This document shows, piece after piece, positions 60,727-64,000 of a stretch of 64,000 bases of DNA. The stretch is from Bacillota bacterium (GTDB lineage: Bacteria > Patescibacteriota > Saccharimonadia > Saccharimonadales > UBA4665). The stretch covers positions 202,911 through 266,910 of the forward strand of contig DATIJU010000014.1 of the NCBI GenBank assembly GCA_035478295.1, read 5' to 3'. Under the pieces are notes generated by a model. That model searched no databases. It saw only the letters and a list, made by a program, of their open reading frames with translations, and had not been told where the DNA came from. How positions within the stretch are numbered: the stretch's first letter is position 1; each line of letters starts with the position of its first letter. The position numbers were made by a program, and so were the translations under genes.

Positions 60727-60938
60727 ATAGAAAAAATCACTACTTCTGTCACCGGAACCCGTAAACGGGCGGTACCATCCGGTTTCCAAAAGAAGTGATT
60801 CTTTGGCGCTTGGTTAGTCGCTGTGTCGGCGCGTTCCCGGCGAGTTCTACTCTCGTTATTACGATTTCTTCCCGCTGCTTGTGGTTGATAGCCACTTATT
60901 CGTGCATGCACGAAACGCATGTTGTTACTTTGGTAACA
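60727..60938 (-). promoter_or_regulatory. T-box riboswitch leader of ileS (transcription attenuation type)
   Basis: The minus strand contains GGAUGGUACCGCC (compare T-box consensus GGGUGGUACCGCG; ggtacc at 60771..60776). This lies inside a long terminator helix (AAUCACUUCUUUUGGAAACCGG...CCGGUGACAGAAGUAGUGAUU, 60735..60800) followed by UUUUUU, then AAGGAG and the ATG. Upstream hairpins include GUGG-CUAUCAA-CCAC (60881..60895), which displays AUC-A. Confidence 0.65.
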
Positions 60939-60944
60939 GTTTTT

Positions 60945-60973
60945 ATGATATCCTAGCTTACAGATTATCGCAA
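60945..60973 (-). promoter_or_regulatory. Candidate promoter of the ileS T-box leader (TTGCGA, 17 nt spacer, TATCAT)
   Basis: Minus-strand -35 at 60968..60973 and -10 at 60945..60950. This gives a ~225-nt leader. Confidence 0.45.
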
Positions 60974-60977
60974 GAGG

Positions 60978-61256
60978 TCAGCTGTTGCTGTATGCATAAC
61001 CAGCAACTTCATTCATGAGCGGCAGCGGCACACCTTGCCACAAATTAAGTATCGAACCATTATCGGCGAGTGCAAGAATAGCCGGATAGTTCATTACGTC
61101 GTACAGACTTGCCGTTGCAGCCCCATCTCGGGTATTGAGACTCACCAGCTCAATCTTTCGGCCGGTCTCAAACTGATGCTGAAAATCACGCACAAACGAC
61201 TCGACGTCTGTCGAGTGTTCGGAGTCTGGTCTGTAAAGGATAAGCAGCTTCACCAT
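60978..61256 (-). CDS. Small thioredoxin/glutaredoxin-fold-like protein lacking cysteines (92 aa)
   Basis: I trimmed ORF 60978..61391 to the ATG at 61256 (MVKLLILYRPDSEHSTDV...). The upstream part overlaps the nrdJ 3' end and its terminator. The pattern is a beta strand, then SEHS where redoxins carry CxxC, then a later YPAIL (cis-Pro-like). The assignment is tentative. Confidence 0.5.
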   Translation of the reverse strand: MVKLLILYRPDSEHSTDVESFVRDFQHQFETGRKIELVSLNTRDGAATASLYDVMNYPAILALADNGSILNLWQGVPLPLMNEVAGYAYSNS

Positions 61257-61296
61257 CCGAGCATAGCATATTCGTTTTGCTCGCCACAACGCGAAC

Positions 61297-61331
61297 AAAA
61301 ACCGTCCCTGCATATTACAGGGACGGTTTTT
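61297..61331 (-). terminator. Rho-independent terminator after the ribonucleotide reductase gene
   Basis: aaaaaccgtccctg-catatta-cagggacggttttt forms a perfect 9-bp GC-rich stem flanked by an A-run and a T-run. It lies 20 nt after the stop at 61351. Confidence 0.72.
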
Positions 61332-61350
61332 AGACATACTGTAACTAGAT

Positions 61351-64000
61351 TTAGCTACAACCAGTAGTAGAACCGCAGCTGGTACAGACATAGCAGCTGC
61401 CTGCGCGCTGCGTCTGATTACCGCAGCTATAGCACAGCGGTGCGTGACTATCAGCTTGAGGTGCTTTTGCGCTTTGCGCAGGCCCTTGAGCGGTTACAGT
61501 GACAGGCGCCGCAACCTCAGCCTTTGCCGGCTGCTCATGCTTTTCGACCAAGTGACCGTCTACTGATTGATCGTCGGTGAGCAGACTCGTCTGTGCTTCG
61601 GGCATATCCTCCAGAGAAGCTAGGCCAAGTTCCAAACGATCGTCAAAGCTCAGGTAATCGAGGGCTAGGCGGCGAGCAATGTAATCCGTAATCGAGCTTG
61701 CAGTGCGAACTTCAGGGTCATCTGTAATGCCTGATGGTGCAAAGCTAGTACTCATCATTGCCCGTACAAAACTCTTGAGCGGCACGCCGTACTGCAAACC
61801 ATGGCTCACCGATATAGCAAAGGAATCCATAAGCCCCGAAATAGTAGACCCTTGCTTGGCAACGCTCACGAATAGCTCACATGGCGTGCCATCTTCATAT
61901 TCGCTCACCGTAAAGAAGCCTTTTAGATCGGATATACGGAACTTGTAGGTCTGACTGTTACGACGGCGCGGAGGCAGACGACGCACAGCGCCCTTTACGA
62001 CAATACGATCATTCAAGCTCTCGACTGCCGCTACTGGTGTTGTGGCAACTGCCGCGGGCACGTCCTTCTTCTCAGCGTTCTTGTCGGTCGACGACAGTGG
62101 CTGGGCAACCTTACAGTTATCACGGTAGATGGCAATGGCCTTGATACCCATATTCCATGCGTCGATGTGCAGCTGCTCAACATCCTCAACCGTTACATCT
62201 TCAGGCATATTTACGGTCTTACTAATGGCCCCCGAGAGGAACGGCTGTACAGCCGCCATCATCTTCACGTGGCCAAGATAGTGAATGGCGTTGTCGCCAA
62301 CGGCGCAAGCAAATACGTCCATATGCTCAGGTTTCAGGTGCGGCGCACCCTTAATCGTGCTGTTGTCGTGGATGTGCGCCACAATGTCATCGCTCTGCTC
62401 TTTGGTATACCCAAGAGCCTTGAGTGCGCGTGGAACTGTCTGGTTGACGATAACCATACTGCCGCCGCCCACCATATCCTTGTACTTAATAAGGGCGAAG
62501 TCCGGTTCAATACCAGTGGTGTCGCAGCCCATCATAAAGCCGATGGTGCCAGTGGGAGCAAGCACGCTCGCCTGAGAGTTACGCACACCGTACAGCTCAC
62601 CGAGCTCAACAGCTTCGTCCCAAGCCGCCGCTGCGGCACTCAGCAATTCCTCAGACACTAGGCTTGGATCAATCTTAGAGACTTCAGCGCGGTGCATGCG
62701 CAGCACCTTAAGCATGCCTTCACGGTCCTTGCGGTAGCCGGCAAATGGACCAACTCGACGCGCCATCTTGGCACTTGAGGCGTAGGCGTGGCCGGTCATA
62801 AGCGCTGTAATAGCTGCGGCAATGGTGCGGCCTTCCTCTGAGTCGTAAGGCAGCCCCATGGCCATCAACAGCGCGCCCAAGTTTGCATATCCGAGACCAA
62901 GCTCACGGTAAGCCTTGCCATTCTTGGTGATAGATTCAGTTGGATAAGAACTGTAGCCCACTAGGATTTCCTGAGCAGTAAATACCAATTCTACAGTGTG
63001 CTTAAAGGCCTCAACGTCAAAACGAGTGTCATCCCAGAACTTCAGCAGGTTAATGCTAGCTAGGTTACAGGGTGAATTGTCCAGGTGCATGTATTCACTA
63101 CAGGGGTTGCTGGCGTTAATACGGCCAGCATTCGGTGCCGTGTGCCACTTGTTGATCGTAGTATCAAACTGCATACCGGGGTCGGCACACTCCCATGCGG
63201 CCTCAGCAATCTGGCGAAACAAACGGCGAGCCTTCATGGTCTTAACCGTTTTTCCAGTAGTAACCGACTTAAGATCCCAGTCTTGATCGTTTACGACGGC
63301 CTTCATAAAGTCATCGGTTACCCGAACAGAGTTGTTGGCATTCTGGTACTGTACCGAGAATATATCCTTACCATCGAGCGACATGTCAAAGCCGGCTTGC
63401 TGTAATACGCGCGCCTTGCGTTCTTCAATTGCCTTAGCCCAAATAAATTCTTCAACATCAGGATGTGTATCGTTCAGGATAACCATCTTGGCGGCTCGGC
63501 GGGTTTTGCCGCCGCTCTTGATAGCCCCTGCCGACGAGTCGGCGCCACGCATAAAACTGAGCGGGCCAGACGCTGTCCCGGCACTCTTTCCAAGTGGTTC
63601 TACGGAGGAACGAATAACACTCAAGTTAACACCGGAGCCAGAGCCGCCCTTAAATATCATGCCTTCTTCGCGGTACCAGTTTAAAATAGATTCCATCGTG
63701 TCTTCGACACCCAGGATAAAACAAGCGCTTGCCTGTTGGGCGCGTCCTGGTGCACCGATGTTAAACCATACCGGAGAATTAAATGCAGCCCGCTGTGTAG
63801 CGAGTACAAACTTCAGCTCTTCGCGGAAGTCTTCGGCCTCGATGTCATTTTCAAAGTACCCCTCTTGCTTACCTTGGCGGGTTACCGTATCGACAACGCG
63901 ATCGATAAGTTCCTTCAGAGAGCTCTCACGTTCCGAGGTACCGGGAGTACCAGTAAAATACTTCTGTGCAACGATGTTAATAGAGTTAAGCGACCACCCT
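61351..64000 (-). CDS. nrdJ: Ribonucleoside-diphosphate/triphosphate reductase, class II (adenosylcobalamin-dependent), 5'-truncated by the window edge
   Basis: The frame stays open upstream of the first in-window ATG (63696): ...FNSPVWFNIGAPGRAQQASACFILGVEDT-MESILNWYREEGMIFKGGSGSGVN. Active-site SNPCSEYMHLDNSPCNLASINL. C-terminal Cys-rich tail CYSCGNQTQRAGSCYVCTSCGSTTGC. Confidence 0.87.
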   Translation of the reverse strand, partial: GWSLNSINIVAQKYFTGTPGTSERESSLKELIDRVVDTVTRQGKQEGYFENDIEAEDFREELKFVLATQRAAFNSPVWFNIGAPGRAQQASACFILGVEDTMESILNWYREEGMIFKGGSGSGVNLSVIRSSVEPLGKSAGTASGPLSFMRGADSSAGAIKSGGKTRRAAKMVILNDTHPDVEEFIWAKAIEERKARVLQQAGFDMSLDGKDIFSVQYQNANNSVRVTDDFMKAVVNDQDWDLKSVTTGKTVKTMKARRLFRQIAEAAWECADPGMQFDTTINKWHTAPNAGRINASNPCSEYMHLDNSPCNLASINLLKFWDDTRFDVEAFKHTVELVFTAQEILVGYSSYPTESITKNGKAYRELGLGYANLGALLMAMGLPYDSEEGRTIAAAITALMTGHAYASSAKMARRVGPFAGYRKDREGMLKVLRMHRAEVSKIDPSLVSEELLSAAAAAWDEAVELGELYGVRNSQASVLAPTGTIGFMMGCDTTGIEPDFALIKYKDMVGGGSMVIVNQTVPRALKALGYTKEQSDDIVAHIHDNSTIKGAPHLKPEHMDVFACAVGDNAIHYLGHVKMMAAVQPFLSGAISKTVNMPEDVTVEDVEQLHIDAWNMGIKAIAIYRDNCKVAQPLSSTDKNAEKKDVPAAVATTPVAAVESLNDRIVVKGAVRRLPPRRRNSQTYKFRISDLKGFFTVSEYEDGTPCELFVSVAKQGSTISGLMDSFAISVSHGLQYGVPLKSFVRAMMSTSFAPSGITDDPEVRTASSITDYIARRLALDYLSFDDRLELGLASLEDMPEAQTSLLTDDQSVDGHLVEKHEQPAKAEVAAPVTVTAQGPAQSAKAPQADSHAPLCYSCGNQTQRAGSCYVCTSCGSTTGCS

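Noticed and set aside
60723-60920. 65-aa minus-strand ORF upstream of ileS
   Set aside because: It coincides with the T-box leader, including the T-box core and terminator helix. The product is Arg-rich with no signature, so an RNA element explains the region better.
61257-61391. N-terminal 45 codons of ORF 60978..61391
   Set aside because: This part overlaps the nrdJ stop region and runs through the strong terminator hairpin at 61297..61331. The internal ATG at 61256 gives a compact domain-sized protein.

Overview
Gene-dense bacterial chromosome segment using the standard genetic code: the prfA TGA stop overlaps the prmC ATG as ATGA. About 40% of the window is conserved housekeeping genes. 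These include lysS-greA-proS, a Firmicute-like rpsB-tsf-frr-uppS-rseP-proS string, rpmE2, prfA-prmC, htrA, an LCP enzyme, lepB, parAB, rplU, a T-box-controlled ileS, and a class II ribonucleotide reductase that runs off the right edge. The remaining ~57% (about 17.3-57.1 kb, interrupted only by lepB and parAB) is an unusual surface-protein island. It holds three giant Gly/Thr/Ser/Asn/Ala-rich modular fibre-like proteins of 3768, 2611 and 3140 aa, plus an 18-blade Kelch-repeat protein of 1539 aa. It also holds two paralogous ~280-aa partner proteins (signal peptide, beta-rich ectodomain, C-terminal helical hairpin) and three paralogous small membrane-anchored proteins. The giants share cysteine-loop modules, CBM4_9-like sandwiches and a conserved pre-terminal Cys motif, followed by non-homologous C-terminal tip domains. 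They contain large in-frame repeats, one of which is synonymously recoded. No tRNA, rRNA, CRISPR array or mobile element was seen. The missing pyrH, cdsA and dxr in an otherwise conserved gene string, the short EF-Ts, the monoderm-type LCP enzyme and the dominance of giant surface proteins suggest a reduced, possibly episymbiotic lineage (Patescibacteria/Saccharibacteria-like). This taxonomic call is inference only. All domain names come from motif recognition by eye. No database search was run.
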